A stretch of DNA of 64,000 nt from an uncultured delta proteobacterium. Its GTDB lineage: Bacteria > Myxococcota_A > UBA9160 > SMWR01. The translations under genes were made by a program, and so were the position numbers. The stretch is from NCBI GenBank assembly GCA_963832165.1, contig CAWHTE010000001.1, forward strand, positions 1 through 64,000, written 5' to 3'. Below are positions 45,907 through 55,698 of the stretch, piece by piece. Position 1 is the first letter of the stretch. Each line of letters begins with the position of its first letter. The notes beneath the pieces are model-generated. The model made no database searches, was not told the DNA's origin, and was given only the letters and a program-made list of their open reading frames with translations.

Positions 45907-46707
45907 TCAGCGCGACGCGACCGCGATGTGAGCGCGCGTGGCGAAGCGCACCGTGCCGTCGGAAATCACGTACGCGCGCAGATCGCGCTCTGCCTCGGCG
46001 AGCACGCGCTCGATCACGGGTTCCGCGAGTGAAATTCCCGCGATCGGGAGCCAACCGAGCAGGTCGGGCTCGACCATCGCGCGAACATCCGGGAAGCGCG
46101 CGGTTCCCGTGTGCGTCGCGATCGACTCGATCGCTAGGCCGGCGGCCGAGAACAGCGCGGCGAGCTGCTCGGGAGCGCCGAGCACGAACGGAGCGCGCAG
46201 CGCATCCGCGGCCGCTGCGCCCGCGATGCGGTCGAGCAGCGCTACCTCGGCTGCATAGGCGGGTATGTCCTCCAGCGAGGCCCAGACGGCCACCGCGAGC
46301 CGACCTCCCGGGCGCAGCATGCGCCCCATCTCGCGCAGCGCTGCGACGCGATCGTCGAAGAACATCAGACCGAATTGGCTCACCACCGCGTCGAACGACC
46401 GATCCGCGAAGGGCAGCTGCTCCGCGGCGCCCTCGCGCCACTCGATCGCGGGCGCCGCGCGTATTGCTACCGCGAGCATGCCCGGGTTTCGATCGAGCCC
46501 GACGACCGAGCCCGACGCACCGACCGCGACCGCCGCCGCGCGCGCGAGCACCCCTGTTCCGCACGCCACGTCGAGCACGCGCTGGCCGGGCTGGATCCGC
46601 GCCGCCTCGATCACGCGCGGCGGCCAGTCGCTGAACAGCGCGGGTACGAAGGCGCTCTCGTAGGCGGTTGCCGCGGCGATCTGGGCATCGAGTTCAGCCG
46701 GGTCCAT
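45907..46707 (-). CDS. Class I SAM-dependent methyltransferase
   Basis: VLDVACGTG, LPFADRSFDAVVSQFGLMFF, LRPGG. Confidence 0.92.
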   Translation of the reverse strand: MDPAELDAQIAAATAYESAFVPALFSDWPPRVIEAARIQPGQRVLDVACGTGVLARAAAVAVGASGSVVGLDRNPGMLAVAIRAAPAIEWREGAAEQLPFADRSFDAVVSQFGLMFFDDRVAALREMGRMLRPGGRLAVAVWASLEDIPAYAAEVALLDRIAGAAAADALRAPFVLGAPEQLAALFSAAGLAIESIATHTGTARFPDVRAMVEPDLLGWLPIAGISLAEPVIERVLAEAERDLRAYVISDGTVRFATRAHIAVASR

Positions 46708-46723
46708 CGCGCGTCTCGTCGGA

Positions 46724-47215
46724 TCAGGGGTTCTCGGGACCCTCGGGGAACTCGAGCCCGCAGGCGCTGCAGGCCGCGGCGTTCTCGGGTGTCGGCTCGC
46801 CACACGCTGGGCACGCCGACGGGTCGAACGAGACTCCGGCGGTGTCGGCATCCGGCAGCGCGCTCGCGGCGAGCTCGTCGGCGATCTCGCGCGCCGCGTC
46901 GAGATCGCCGCGGGACACGTAGATGCCGAGCCGCGCTGCCTGGCCGCGCGCGGCGCGGGCTCCCGCCATTGCGCCACCGAGCGGATAGGTGTCGATCTGG
47001 CTCGAGATGCCGTGCTCCTGCAGCGACTCCGCGAACGCCTGAAGATCCCTGGGCTCGCCGAGCCGCAGCACCGCGAGGTCTTGGAGCGCGGAGACCGCGC
47101 GCGTCACGGGAGCCGGTGTCCCGGTGGGTGCGTAGTCGAGCGGCGTGTTGCAGTCGGGGCATACGGAGACCCACGACTGGTATTCCTGTCCACAGCTCGC
47201 GCAGGTCTTGAACAT
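46724..47215 (-). CDS. Zinc-ribbon protein (DUF2007-like middle domain)
   Basis: CASC..CPDC at the N-terminus and CPAC..CSAC at the C-terminus, flanking a PII-like segment. Confidence 0.7.
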   Translation of the reverse strand: MFKTCASCGQEYQSWVSVCPDCNTPLDYAPTGTPAPVTRAVSALQDLAVLRLGEPRDLQAFAESLQEHGISSQIDTYPLGGAMAGARAARGQAARLGIYVSRGDLDAAREIADELAASALPDADTAGVSFDPSACPACGEPTPENAAACSACGLEFPEGPENP

Positions 47216-47226
47216 GGTGGCGCCCG

Positions 47227-47649
47227 TCACCCGAGGTAGCGAAGCGCTGCGCGACCCGCCATGAACCAGACCGCGAGCGTCGAGATCAGATAGAGATTGA
47301 AGCGCAGCATGATGATGTTCACGGTGCAGTGCACGGCGCTGTGCAGCGCGCGAAACACCACGAATACCCACGCGGCGCCCACGTACACCGCATCGACCTG
47401 ACCGGACGCGAACAGCGCGAGTGCGAGCGCGTAGAAGAGCACGGGGATCTCGAACAGGTTCTTCAGGTTGTCCGATGGATTCGACACGGCGGGCGGCGAG
47501 ATCTCCGCGAGCCGAGCCGGCGTGAGCTCGCTCGGCGCGATGTCGAGGCTGCGCAGCATTCGGATCCGCCGCACGTACATGTAGACCCACACGACGAACG
47601 TGACGAAGATCATCGCGTACACGGGACCCAGGATCGCGGTTTGCGACAT
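47227..47649 (-). CDS. MAPEG family membrane protein
   Basis: SDNLKNLFEIPVLFY, R..HS.VH, four TM helices. Confidence 0.88.
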   Translation of the reverse strand: MSQTAILGPVYAMIFVTFVVWVYMYVRRIRMLRSLDIAPSELTPARLAEISPPAVSNPSDNLKNLFEIPVLFYALALALFASGQVDAVYVGAAWVFVVFRALHSAVHCTVNIIMLRFNLYLISTLAVWFMAGRAALRYLG

Positions 47650-47658
47650 CGCTACTCC

Positions 47659-48618
47659 TCAGCGCGTTCTACGCAGTCGCTCTTCGGCCCCCGCGACGAG
47701 CTCCGCGACGATCTCGGCCGCGGGCTGTACCGAGTTCACGTGCGTCACGGATTCTCCCGCGTAGAGCGCCATGGCGGCGACGTTGCCCGTGGTGGTCGCG
47801 GTGGGCACGAACGGAGAGAAGCGCGGGATCGGTACTGCGCGACCGCCGACCACGTCCTCGGCGACGATCGCGTCCGTCGCTGCCTGCGCGGCCGCGACGG
47901 CCGAGCGCAGCACGCGATGCGGTGCGTTCGGCCACATCTCCGAGAATGCCTCCGTGAGGCAGGTGTCCGCGGCGGACGCCGCGAGCAGAGCCTGCACGTA
48001 CGACGGATGCGCGCCCGACTCCGCGCTCGCGACGAAGCGCGTGCCGATCCGCGCGCCAGCCGCACCGCACGCGAGCACCGCCGCGAGATCGCGCCCGGTC
48101 GCGATACCGCCCGCCGCGAGCACGGGGACGCTCACGGCCTCGAGCACGGACGAGAGCAGCGGCAGGAGGCTCGTCTGCCCGCGCACGTGGCCGCCCGCCT
48201 CGGTGCCCTGCGCGATCACGAAGTCGCAGCCCGCGCGCTCGGCCGCGATCGCTTCCTCGCGCGAGCCGACCTGCCAGCTCGCGAGCGCGCCGAGCGCGTG
48301 CGCCTCCTCGACGAGCGCGCGCTGCGGCTCGCCGTAGAAGAACTCCACGATGCGCGCGCGGCGCGCCGCAACCGCTACGCACGCGGGGTCGAGAAACGGC
48401 ACGAGGAAGTTCACGCCGAACACGCCCGAGGTGGCCTTCGCGAGCCGCTCGAGCTCGGCCTCGAGGAACTCCGGGGGCAAGGTCGGAGTGCCGAGCATGC
48501 CGACCGCACCCGCATTCGCGACCGCCGCCACGAGCTCGACCGTCGAGACACCGGGCATCGACGCCACCTGGATCGGAGCGGTCGCACCCACGAGCTTCGT
48601 GAACGAAGTCTCGATCAC
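47659..48618 (-). CDS. Nitronate monooxygenase / FabK-like flavoprotein
   Basis: FGVNFL, AQGTEAGGH, VLAAGGIA, GTRF, YAGES. Confidence 0.92.
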   Translation of the reverse strand: MIETSFTKLVGATAPIQVASMPGVSTVELVAAVANAGAVGMLGTPTLPPEFLEAELERLAKATSGVFGVNFLVPFLDPACVAVAARRARIVEFFYGEPQRALVEEAHALGALASWQVGSREEAIAAERAGCDFVIAQGTEAGGHVRGQTSLLPLLSSVLEAVSVPVLAAGGIATGRDLAAVLACGAAGARIGTRFVASAESGAHPSYVQALLAASAADTCLTEAFSEMWPNAPHRVLRSAVAAAQAATDAIVAEDVVGGRAVPIPRFSPFVPTATTTGNVAAMALYAGESVTHVNSVQPAAEIVAELVAGAEERLRRTR

Positions 48619-48627
48619 GATGACATC

Positions 48628-49110
48628 TCAGAGAAACTTCATCGCGGGATCGGTGGCTTCGGAGGACGCGGCCGACTGAACCCGCGACAGGCGCGGCGAG
48701 TGCACCGCGAGCAGTACGCCCGCCGCACACAGGAACGCGTAGAGATAGGCGGTCTTTCCGAACAAGAGGAAGAGCACGAGGCCGAGCACCCCGATCGATT
48801 CGGAGATCACCCAGAGCACGATCGAAACCTGGAAGTAGCGCGCGAAGTCTTCGCGCGTGCGCAGGTCGATCTGCCCGCGGCGCGCGGGATTCACGATCAT
48901 GAGGTTGCGCGCGATCAGTGTTCCGATGCCGAGCCCGAGCGCGAGCGCGAACAGTCCGACCAGCATCGATCGCTCGAGCACCGGATCGCGCAGGCTGGAA
49001 CCGCTGATCAACAGCGGCAGGACTCCGTAGACCACGAGGCTGCCGAGCAGTGCGGCCCAGACCATCCAGAGCTGGAGCATGGTGCGAGGAGGTTGATCGG
49101 CCCCCGTCAT
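48628..49110 (-). CDS. Hypothetical membrane protein (about 4 TM)
   Basis: Four hydrophobic segments; ATGA overlap with the upstream gene. Confidence 0.7.
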   Translation of the reverse strand: MTGADQPPRTMLQLWMVWAALLGSLVVYGVLPLLISGSSLRDPVLERSMLVGLFALALGLGIGTLIARNLMIVNPARRGQIDLRTREDFARYFQVSIVLWVISESIGVLGLVLFLLFGKTAYLYAFLCAAGVLLAVHSPRLSRVQSAASSEATDPAMKFL

Positions 49111-49583
49111 CCAGTCCTCCCGTGCTCGTGCGGCCGTGAATGTACCCGCGCAGGCGGGGATCGCTCCCATGCGGCGACCCCGCCCGCCACGACCCGGAAC
49201 AGCGGGTGGGCTGCGGGCGCCCGGTCTCGCGAGAGACTCCGGAAGCGATCCGGATCGCGCACGCGGAGCTTCGCGAGCAGGTGCCGCCACTCGTGCGCGA
49301 TCTGCCCTCGCGTGGCCGCGAGTCGGCGCGCTCGCTCGCGCGAGTCGATCTTCGCCGCATCGAACGAGTACCCGCGGCGGCTCGCCTCTTCGTACACCGA
49401 CTGCAGATACGCGTCGATCGCGAGCAACGGATCCGGGTGTGCGCGGAAGCGCTCGAGCTGGGGATGATGGCGGTATCCGCGCGTGCGCCCCTGCAGCACG
49501 CGCTTCGCGAGCAGCGCCTCGCGCCAGAGCGCGACGAGCCCACGCGCATCGAGGTATCGGGGGTGGAGCGTCCAGAGCCTCAT
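49107..49583 (-). CDS. Pyrimidine-dimer DNA glycosylase / T4 endonuclease V-like protein
   Basis: MRLWTLHPRYLD..GLVALWREALLA..G.TRGY..HPQLERF..EA..RGY.FD..EW.HL..KL..R. Confidence 0.88.
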   Translation of the reverse strand: MRLWTLHPRYLDARGLVALWREALLAKRVLQGRTRGYRHHPQLERFRAHPDPLLAIDAYLQSVYEEASRRGYSFDAAKIDSRERARRLAATRGQIAHEWRHLLAKLRVRDPDRFRSLSRDRAPAAHPLFRVVAGGVAAWERSPPARVHSRPHEHGRTG

Positions 49584-49637
49584 TGCTGTGTTCTGAGCAG
49601 GATACAATGCCGCGATCGATTCGAGCGGGGAGATGCG

Positions 49638-50018
49638 ATGCACCGGAGCCGTCTGACCAGCGTGGTGATCGACTGCGCGGAGGAAGACTACGAGAAGGGC
49701 GCGGCGTTCTGGAGCGCCGCGCTCGGGAGGCCGCTCGTGCCGCGAGACGAGCGTTATGTGGCGCTGCGCGGCCGGGTTGGCGGCGAGGGGGCGCCCTACG
49801 TCGGCCTGCAGCGCGTGTCGAGCGCCGAGCGCGCGATCCATCTCGACATCGAGACGGACGACGTGGAGGCCGAGGTGGCCCGGCTCGAGAAGCTGGGTGC
49901 GCGCGTGAAGGCGCGGATCCGCCGCCACGTGGTGATGGAGGCACCGTCGGGGCACGCATTCTGCGTCGTGCCTTCGCGGCGCAGCGACTTCCCGGCTCAC
50001 GCCGCGGAGTGGCCGTAG
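49638..50018 (+). CDS. VOC/glyoxalase-like protein
   Basis: VIDC..AAFWSAALG, IHLDIETDDVEAEV.RLE.LGA, APSGH.FCVV. Confidence 0.88.
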   Translation: MHRSRLTSVVIDCAEEDYEKGAAFWSAALGRPLVPRDERYVALRGRVGGEGAPYVGLQRVSSAERAIHLDIETDDVEAEVARLEKLGARVKARIRRHVVMEAPSGHAFCVVPSRRSDFPAHAAEWP

Positions 50019-50020
50019 CC

Positions 50021-50806
50021 CTACGGCGCGAGCAGGAATCGCTCGAGCACGGGCCACGGCCGGACACAGTCGTTGTGGCCGCACGGCAGGAGGTGGAGCT
50101 CGGACCTGGCCGCCGCGGCGTGAAGCTCGTGCGCGTGCTCGACCGGAATCATCTCGTCGCGCTCGCCGTGCAGCACGAGCACGCGTCCCGTGAATCCGCG
50201 CACGACCTCGAGGTTCTCGAAGGGGTCGCGCACGAGCACGCTCAGGAAGCCGAACAGATCGGACGCCATCGCGCGCGCGCTCGTGAAGCTCGATTCGAGC
50301 ACGAGCGCGGCGAGCGGGCGCTCGCGCGCGAGCGCACAGATCGCCCCGCCCCCGACCGAACGGCCCCAGCCCACGATGCGCGCGCGATCGAAGTCCGGCT
50401 GCGCTGCGGCCCAATCGAACGCAGCCACCATCGCCTGCGCGATCGTGGTCTGCGACGGCGAGCCCGACGAGCGGCCATAGCCCGGATACTCCACGAGCAG
50501 AATCGACACCCCCGCATTGCGCAGCGGCTCGAACTGATCGATCCAGTAGTCGATCAGCTCGCCGTTGCCATGCGCGAAGATCACGAGCGGAGCCGCGGGG
50601 CCCGTCCGCCGGTCGGCCGCGAGCAGGAACGCCTCGCAGCGCGCGCGCGGAGTGTCGAGCCAGATCCGCTGCACGTACGCTGCCAGTGCGAGCTGGGACT
50701 CGGGCGGGGCGGCCGGCGCCGGAAACATCACGCGCCTGCCCGCGATGCACGCGAGCACGAACGCGACGCCCAGGGCTGCGATCACTACGAGTGCCGTGCG
50801 GAGCAT
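50021..50806 (-). CDS. Alpha/beta hydrolase (ABHD-like)
   Basis: HGNGE, EYPGYG.S.G.P, GRSVGG, HGERDE.IP, GHND. Confidence 0.9.
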   Translation of the reverse strand: MLRTALVVIAALGVAFVLACIAGRRVMFPAPAAPPESQLALAAYVQRIWLDTPRARCEAFLLAADRRTGPAAPLVIFAHGNGELIDYWIDQFEPLRNAGVSILLVEYPGYGRSSGSPSQTTIAQAMVAAFDWAAAQPDFDRARIVGWGRSVGGGAICALARERPLAALVLESSFTSARAMASDLFGFLSVLVRDPFENLEVVRGFTGRVLVLHGERDEMIPVEHAHELHAAAARSELHLLPCGHNDCVRPWPVLERFLLAP

Positions 50807-50816
50807 CGCGATCGAC

Positions 50817-51212
50817 CTAGCTCACACCCTCGTCGAACTGCGGCGCGTGGCCGCCGATCTCGTCCCAGGAGGCCCTGGAGCCGACGAAGATGTGGCCCCC
50901 GATCCCGAGCCCGGGATCGTCGTCGAGCAGACCCGCCGGAACCCAGTAGGCCGCGGCGCCGCGCAGGGTTTGCGGCAGCGGCGAGCCGCATGTCCCGCAG
51001 AAGGTCGTCTGCCAGCCGCTCGGCTTCGCGTAGACCCGCCGCAGGTTCTCGCCCGCGATCCACTTGAAGTCGGTCTCGGGCACGACGATCACCGCGTTCG
51101 AGGCCGTTCCCGACACCTTCCGGCACTGCGAGCAGTGGCACATGCCCACCTGCGTGACGGCGCGCGTGTACTCGAATCGCACCTCGCCGCACAGGCAACT
51201 TCCGCGAGTCAT
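50817..51212 (-). CDS. GFA (CENP-V-like) family protein
   Basis: GSCLCG, CHCSQCRK, FCGTCGS. Confidence 0.92.
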   Translation of the reverse strand: MTRGSCLCGEVRFEYTRAVTQVGMCHCSQCRKVSGTASNAVIVVPETDFKWIAGENLRRVYAKPSGWQTTFCGTCGSPLPQTLRGAAAYWVPAGLLDDDPGLGIGGHIFVGSRASWDEIGGHAPQFDEGVS

Positions 51213-51242
51213 CGCTTCTCTCCTCGGGTTCGCGCGAAGCGC

Positions 51243-52022
51243 TCAGCCATCCCGACGAGCGCTGCGCGGGATCTCCGCGGAGCGGCCGCGGTGAAGCCGA
51301 TAGATGCCGGCCGCCCACTGCGCGGCCGGATGCTCCAGGACCGCGGCGCGGTAGTCGCGCAGATAGGGCGGCAGCTCGAAGTCGAACGGATACTGGATCT
51401 CGGGCGGCTGCAAGAGCGGCGAGATCATCGACGCCGCCGTGAGGTCCGCGACCGTGAACGAATCTCCCACGAGATAGGCCCGGCCCTGCCGTTCCCGTTC
51501 GATCCGATCGAGCGCGGCGCGGACGGTCGCACGATCGGCCTCGAGATTCGCGTCGCTCATCTTGTGGCGGAAGCGGTAGTAGGTCGGGAAGATCCACAAG
51601 ATCGACCGCAGCATCCGGTAGGCGTCCTTTGGCATGCCCGCCGTGAGCATGCGCAGTGCGACCTCGGGATCGTGCTGGAACAGCGGCGTGATCGCGGCCG
51701 CGCGCAGCGCCGGGCCGAAATGCTCGTCGAAATCATCCTCGAGCTCGAGCGCGCGCTGACGCGCGGCGGCGTCGCGCGGATAGAGCGGCGGATCGGGATG
51801 GAGCTCTTCGAGCGCGGCGATGATCTGCGTCGAATCGCCGATCGCGCGCCCACCCACGAACAGGATCGGCAGCGTGCCGCGTCCCGTCGCGCGCCAGGCG
51901 CGGACCAGGTAGGTCGCGCCGAGCGTCTTGCGGCGGTGCGCGATGTGCTTGTAGTCGAGCGTCCACCGGACCTTCTCGCTGAAATGCGAGAGGGGGATGT
52001 GCCACAGCAGCACAGGATCCAT
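51243..52022 (-). CDS. Glutathione S-transferase family protein
   Basis: SHFSEKVRWTLDYK, DST.II..L, YLVGDSFTVADLTAA. Start coordinate as given in the ORF track. Confidence 0.88.
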   Translation of the reverse strand: MDPVLLWHIPLSHFSEKVRWTLDYKHIAHRRKTLGATYLVRAWRATGRGTLPILFVGGRAIGDSTQIIAALEELHPDPPLYPRDAAARQRALELEDDFDEHFGPALRAAAITPLFQHDPEVALRMLTAGMPKDAYRMLRSILWIFPTYYRFRHKMSDANLEADRATVRAALDRIERERQGRAYLVGDSFTVADLTAASMISPLLQPPEIQYPFDFELPPYLRDYRAAVLEHPAAQWAAGIYRLHRGRSAEIPRSARRDG

Positions 52023-52037
52023 GGTGGCCTCGCTCTT

Positions 52038-52478
52038 TCAAATCTCCACTTTCAGACCGTGGCGGCCGCCCACTTCCGCGAGCTGTGCGATGGTGGGATC
52101 TTTGGGTGGGATCTCGCGCGCGAAGTCGGCGAACATTCTCGAGGCGCCGAGGCGCGACGTCATCGAGATCATCTCGGCCCCGCCCGCACCGAAGCGGAAC
52201 CAGTGCGGCGTTCCGGCGGGCAGATGCACGAGCGTTCCCGGCGCTGCCGTCGTTTGCTCGCCATCGATGCCGAACTCGACCGCGCCCTTCACGATGTAGA
52301 ACGACTCGTCCCAGGGATGGCTATGCGGAGGGGGGCCGGCCCCGGCAGGTCCACGCTGCAGGAAGATCTCGTAGCCCTGGGTCGCTTCGCCCGAAGCGAG
52401 CACCGTGACGTGTTCGCCCACGATGTCGAGCGTGGGCGGATAGCTCTGCGGCTCGACCACGAACGCCTTTGCAGCCAT
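52038..52478 (-). CDS. Cupin domain protein
   Basis: GPPPHSHPWDESFYIVKG..G..VHLPAGTPH.F; GAGGAG RBS. Confidence 0.9.
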   Translation of the reverse strand: MAAKAFVVEPQSYPPTLDIVGEHVTVLASGEATQGYEIFLQRGPAGAGPPPHSHPWDESFYIVKGAVEFGIDGEQTTAAPGTLVHLPAGTPHWFRFGAGGAEMISMTSRLGASRMFADFAREIPPKDPTIAQLAEVGGRHGLKVEI

Positions 52479-52497
52479 CGACTCGTCTCCTCTTGAA

Positions 52498-53118
52498 TCA
52501 GGTGCACGCGCGTGCGAGAGCCTCGGCCGAGGATACCGCGAAGCGCCGCTGCAGGCGGCGCGCCAACGGGTAACCGAGCTTCGACAGCCAGATCGCGGGG
52601 CGCGAGAACGCGGTGATCTCGTAGAGCACCTCGCCCGACGCCGGGTCGAAGGAGAGCTGGAACCGCTCCTCGCCGCACTCCACATGGCCGCGCAGCGTGC
52701 CGTAGGCGTAGGCCACGGAGTTCGGGTCGCTCGTCGAATCGATGTACACCACGCGGCAGGGATTCGAGAACCAGACGCCCGCCACCGAAGCAACGGTCGC
52801 GACGACCTGATCCGCGGCGACGGATCGCGTGCCGTGGAACTCGAGCCACGGGATCTCGAACTGGCGCCACGCCAGCAGCGCAGATCTCGCGCGCTCGAAG
52901 TGAGCACGGCCGCTGCCCAGCGGGAACCGGCGGTAATCCACGTCGTAGCGGGAAGCCAGCCTCTCGCGCGTGCCCGCCTCGTCCAGCTTCGCGGTCGCTC
53001 CGACTTCCGGATAGGTCGTGTCACCCGAGGCGCGAAGCAGCGTCTCGATCTCCCGATCGGAAGGACGTCGCAGGCGGTTCACTTCGACGGCGTCATCGGC
53101 GGGCTCGAGCCTGGTCAC
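52498..53118 (-). CDS. DUF1990 family protein
   Basis: YPEVGAT, LGSG...FERA, CRVVY, AYGTL.GH.ECGEERF, AFSRPA. Confidence 0.88.
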   Translation of the reverse strand: MTRLEPADDAVEVNRLRRPSDREIETLLRASGDTTYPEVGATAKLDEAGTRERLASRYDVDYRRFPLGSGRAHFERARSALLAWRQFEIPWLEFHGTRSVAADQVVATVASVAGVWFSNPCRVVYIDSTSDPNSVAYAYGTLRGHVECGEERFQLSFDPASGEVLYEITAFSRPAIWLSKLGYPLARRLQRRFAVSSAEALARACT

Positions 53119-53123
53119 ACCGC

Positions 53124-53787
53124 TCAGTCACGCCCGGGATCTCCCAGCGGAAATATCGCGCGATAGGGCCGCGCCTCGTCGACCGCGCGCGCGTAGGAGG
53201 GCCGCGCGAGCAGGCGCTTGCGATAGTCGCGCACGCGCGCGTGCTCGGGCGCGATCGGATGCACCCAGTCGGCGTAGAGCAGCGAGGGTGCGGCGGCGCA
53301 GTCGGCGAGGCTGAACGCGCTTCCAACGGCCCATTCGCGCTGTGCGAGCTGGCCATCGAGCCAGGCGTAGGCGGTATCGAGCAGCGCGCGCGCTTCGCCG
53401 ACGCCGTGCGCGTCGCGCTCCTCTGGCTTGCGGATCGCGTCGAACACGATCTTCTGCATCGGCGTCATCACGTAGTTGTCGAAGAAGCGGTCCAGCATCC
53501 GCACTTCGAGCGCCGCGCGCGGGTCGTCGGGAACGAAGCGCACGCGGCCGCGGATGGAAGACGTCGAGGTGCTCGACGATGATGGTCGCCTCGACAACGG
53601 TGCGGCCCGCATCGATCAGCATGGGCATTCTTCGCAGCGGCCAGCGCGCGGCGAACTCGGCCGCGATCTTCTCGCGTCGGCCCGGACCGAGCATGCGCAG
53701 CTCGAACGGCGTCGCGTTCTCGTAGAGCGCGATGAGCACCTTCTGGCAGTACGACGAGAAGGGATGGGCGTAGAGCTGGAGCGACAT
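53124..53787 (-). CDS. Glutathione S-transferase family protein (apparent +1 frameshift near 53552)
   Basis: LYAHPFSSYCQKVLIALYEN..EATII.EHL in one frame; DRFFDNYVM..FSLADCAAAP.L.YA..RPS..R in the next. Confidence 0.85.
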
Positions 53788-53795
53788 CGGACGCG

Positions 53796-54587
53796 CTAGA
53801 GCGGCTTCACGGGCACCGACATCGACGGATGCTCGGTGCCGCCGTCGACCTGGAAGATCTTGCCGGTGACCCACGCGCTCGCGGGCGACGCGAGGTAGAG
53901 CGCGCACGCGGCGATGTCCTCGACGGTGCCGGGCCGGCCCATCGGCGTGTTGCGGTTGAACTGCTCGCGCAGCGCGTCGTTCGTGAGCACGACCGCAAGC
54001 GCGTCCGTCTCCACGCCGCCTACCGAGATCGCGTTGACGCGCACCTTGGGCGCGACCTCCACGGCGAGATTGCGGGTCATCATGTTGAGCGCGGCCTTGC
54101 CCGCGCCGTAGGCGACGAACGCGGTCTGCACCATGTCGCTCGAGCGCGACGAGATGTTCACGATCGCGCCGCCGCCCGCGGTCGCGACCATGTGCGGAAT
54201 GCAGAGCTTCGAGAGCAGGAACGCCTGCGTCACGTTCATGCGCAGCGCGTTCTCGAAGAAGCGCTCGCTGGTGTCGAGCGCGGCGCGCGGGCCCGAGCCG
54301 CCCGCGTTGTTCACGAGCACGTCGATCCGGCCGAACTCCGCGAGCGCGGCCGCGACGAGCCGCTCGAGGTCCGCGACCTGGAGCACGTCGGTGGGCACCG
54401 CCAGCGCGCGCCGGCCGCGCTGCGCCACCTCTTTCGCGGTGTCCTCGATGTCGGCGGGCGTGCGCGCGGCGCACACGACGTCGGCGCCCGCCTCCGCGAA
54501 CGCGAGCGCGATGCCGCGCCCGATTCCCTTGCCCGCACCCGTGACGATCGCGACGCGGTCGGTGAGCTTGAAGCGATCGAGGATCAC
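53796..54587 (-). CDS. Short-chain dehydrogenase/reductase (7-alpha-HSDH-like)
   Basis: ILDRFKL...AIVTGAGKGIG, NNAGG, YGAGKAAL, APKVRVN; GTG start overlaps the upstream TGA. Confidence 0.9.
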   Translation of the reverse strand: MILDRFKLTDRVAIVTGAGKGIGRGIALAFAEAGADVVCAARTPADIEDTAKEVAQRGRRALAVPTDVLQVADLERLVAAALAEFGRIDVLVNNAGGSGPRAALDTSERFFENALRMNVTQAFLLSKLCIPHMVATAGGGAIVNISSRSSDMVQTAFVAYGAGKAALNMMTRNLAVEVAPKVRVNAISVGGVETDALAVVLTNDALREQFNRNTPMGRPGTVEDIAACALYLASPASAWVTGKIFQVDGGTEHPSMSVPVKPL

Positions 54588-55643
54588 CGCGCGAGCTCCG
54601 GCGCCGCGCGTCCCGCGACGAGCGGCAGATCGAGGTAGGTCTGGATGCCCGGCTCCGCGCGGCACACGTACGGAATCGCGGAGACGCCGTGGATCGCGGT
54701 CGCGACGATGCCCGGGTTGCGCACGAGGCCCGCCTGCGATCGACTCGGGGTGCCAGCCGTGGAACGTGACCTTCGCGGTCGGATCGCCCGTCACCTGCAC
54801 CTCGAAGCGCTCGCCCTCGGGCCCGAAGTTCCACGCGGGGTCGAGGTTCTCCTCGCCCATGAACCAGTTCGTGCGCACCGTGATCACGGGCTCGCCGCGC
54901 ACCGTGCCCTCCCAGGTGAAGCGCTGAGCCGCGACGTGCCCGGGCTGGATCTTCCCGATCGGCGAGTCGATCGGCGCGGTCGCCACCGACACCTCGTGCT
55001 TCGTGCGCCGCTTCTCGTCGAGCGCGAAGCCGAGCGCGTCGGCCACCATGTCGATCGACTGCAGGAAGCCGCCGCCCATCACCGCCAGCATCGGGCTCTT
55101 CGCGGCCTGCTCGGGCGTCTTCCCGAACAGCATCAGGTCGCCCACCACCTGCGGCGCGCCGTAGGTGCGGATGTCCGAGAACTCCTCCGCGCGCACGTGC
55201 GTGACGTTGCGCGAGAGCGCCGAGATCATGAGCGGGAAGCGCTCGGTGATGCCGCCCGGGTGGATGCCCGTGCCGTGCAGCGTGACTCCGCCCTTCCGAC
55301 ACGCCTGCTCGAGGTCGGCCACCTTCGCCTTGTTCGGGTAGAACCAGTTGAGCGGTGTCACGACGTTCTTGCCCGACTCGAGGATCCGGATCACCTCCTC
55401 GCGCTGCGCCATGATCGGCGAGTACATCACGCAGTCGGCTTCGAGTGCGAGCAGCTCCGCGACGTCGTTGGTCGCGCGCACGCCGATCGGACCGATTCCG
55501 CACAGCTCGCCGACGTCCACGCCGGCCTTGTCGGCGCTGTGCACCCAGCAGCCGACGAGCTCGAGCTCGGGGTGCGAGAGGATTCCCTCGATCGCGGCGC
55601 GTCCGACGCCGCCCGTGGCCCACTGGATCACGCGATACTTCAT
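54584..55643 (-). CDS. Dihydrodipicolinate reductase-like / NAD(P)H-dependent amine dehydrogenase family protein (apparent +1 frameshift near 54737)
   Basis: RVIQWATGGVG, LESGKNVVT, HGTGIHPG; the natural C-terminus NPGIVATA..AIPYVC.AEPGI.TYLDLP lies in the shifted frame and ends at TGA 54584-54586. Confidence 0.82.
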
Positions 55644-55698
55644 CTCAGCCCTCCGCGCGCGCGAGGAGGGTCACGCTATCAGCCGTGCGATCAGCGCG

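Noticed and set aside
53796..55643. 615-aa DapB-like/SDR fusion in the ORF track
   Set aside because: The natural C-terminus and TGA of the first gene lie in the +1 frame and overlap the SDR GTG; the fusion results from a single extra base.
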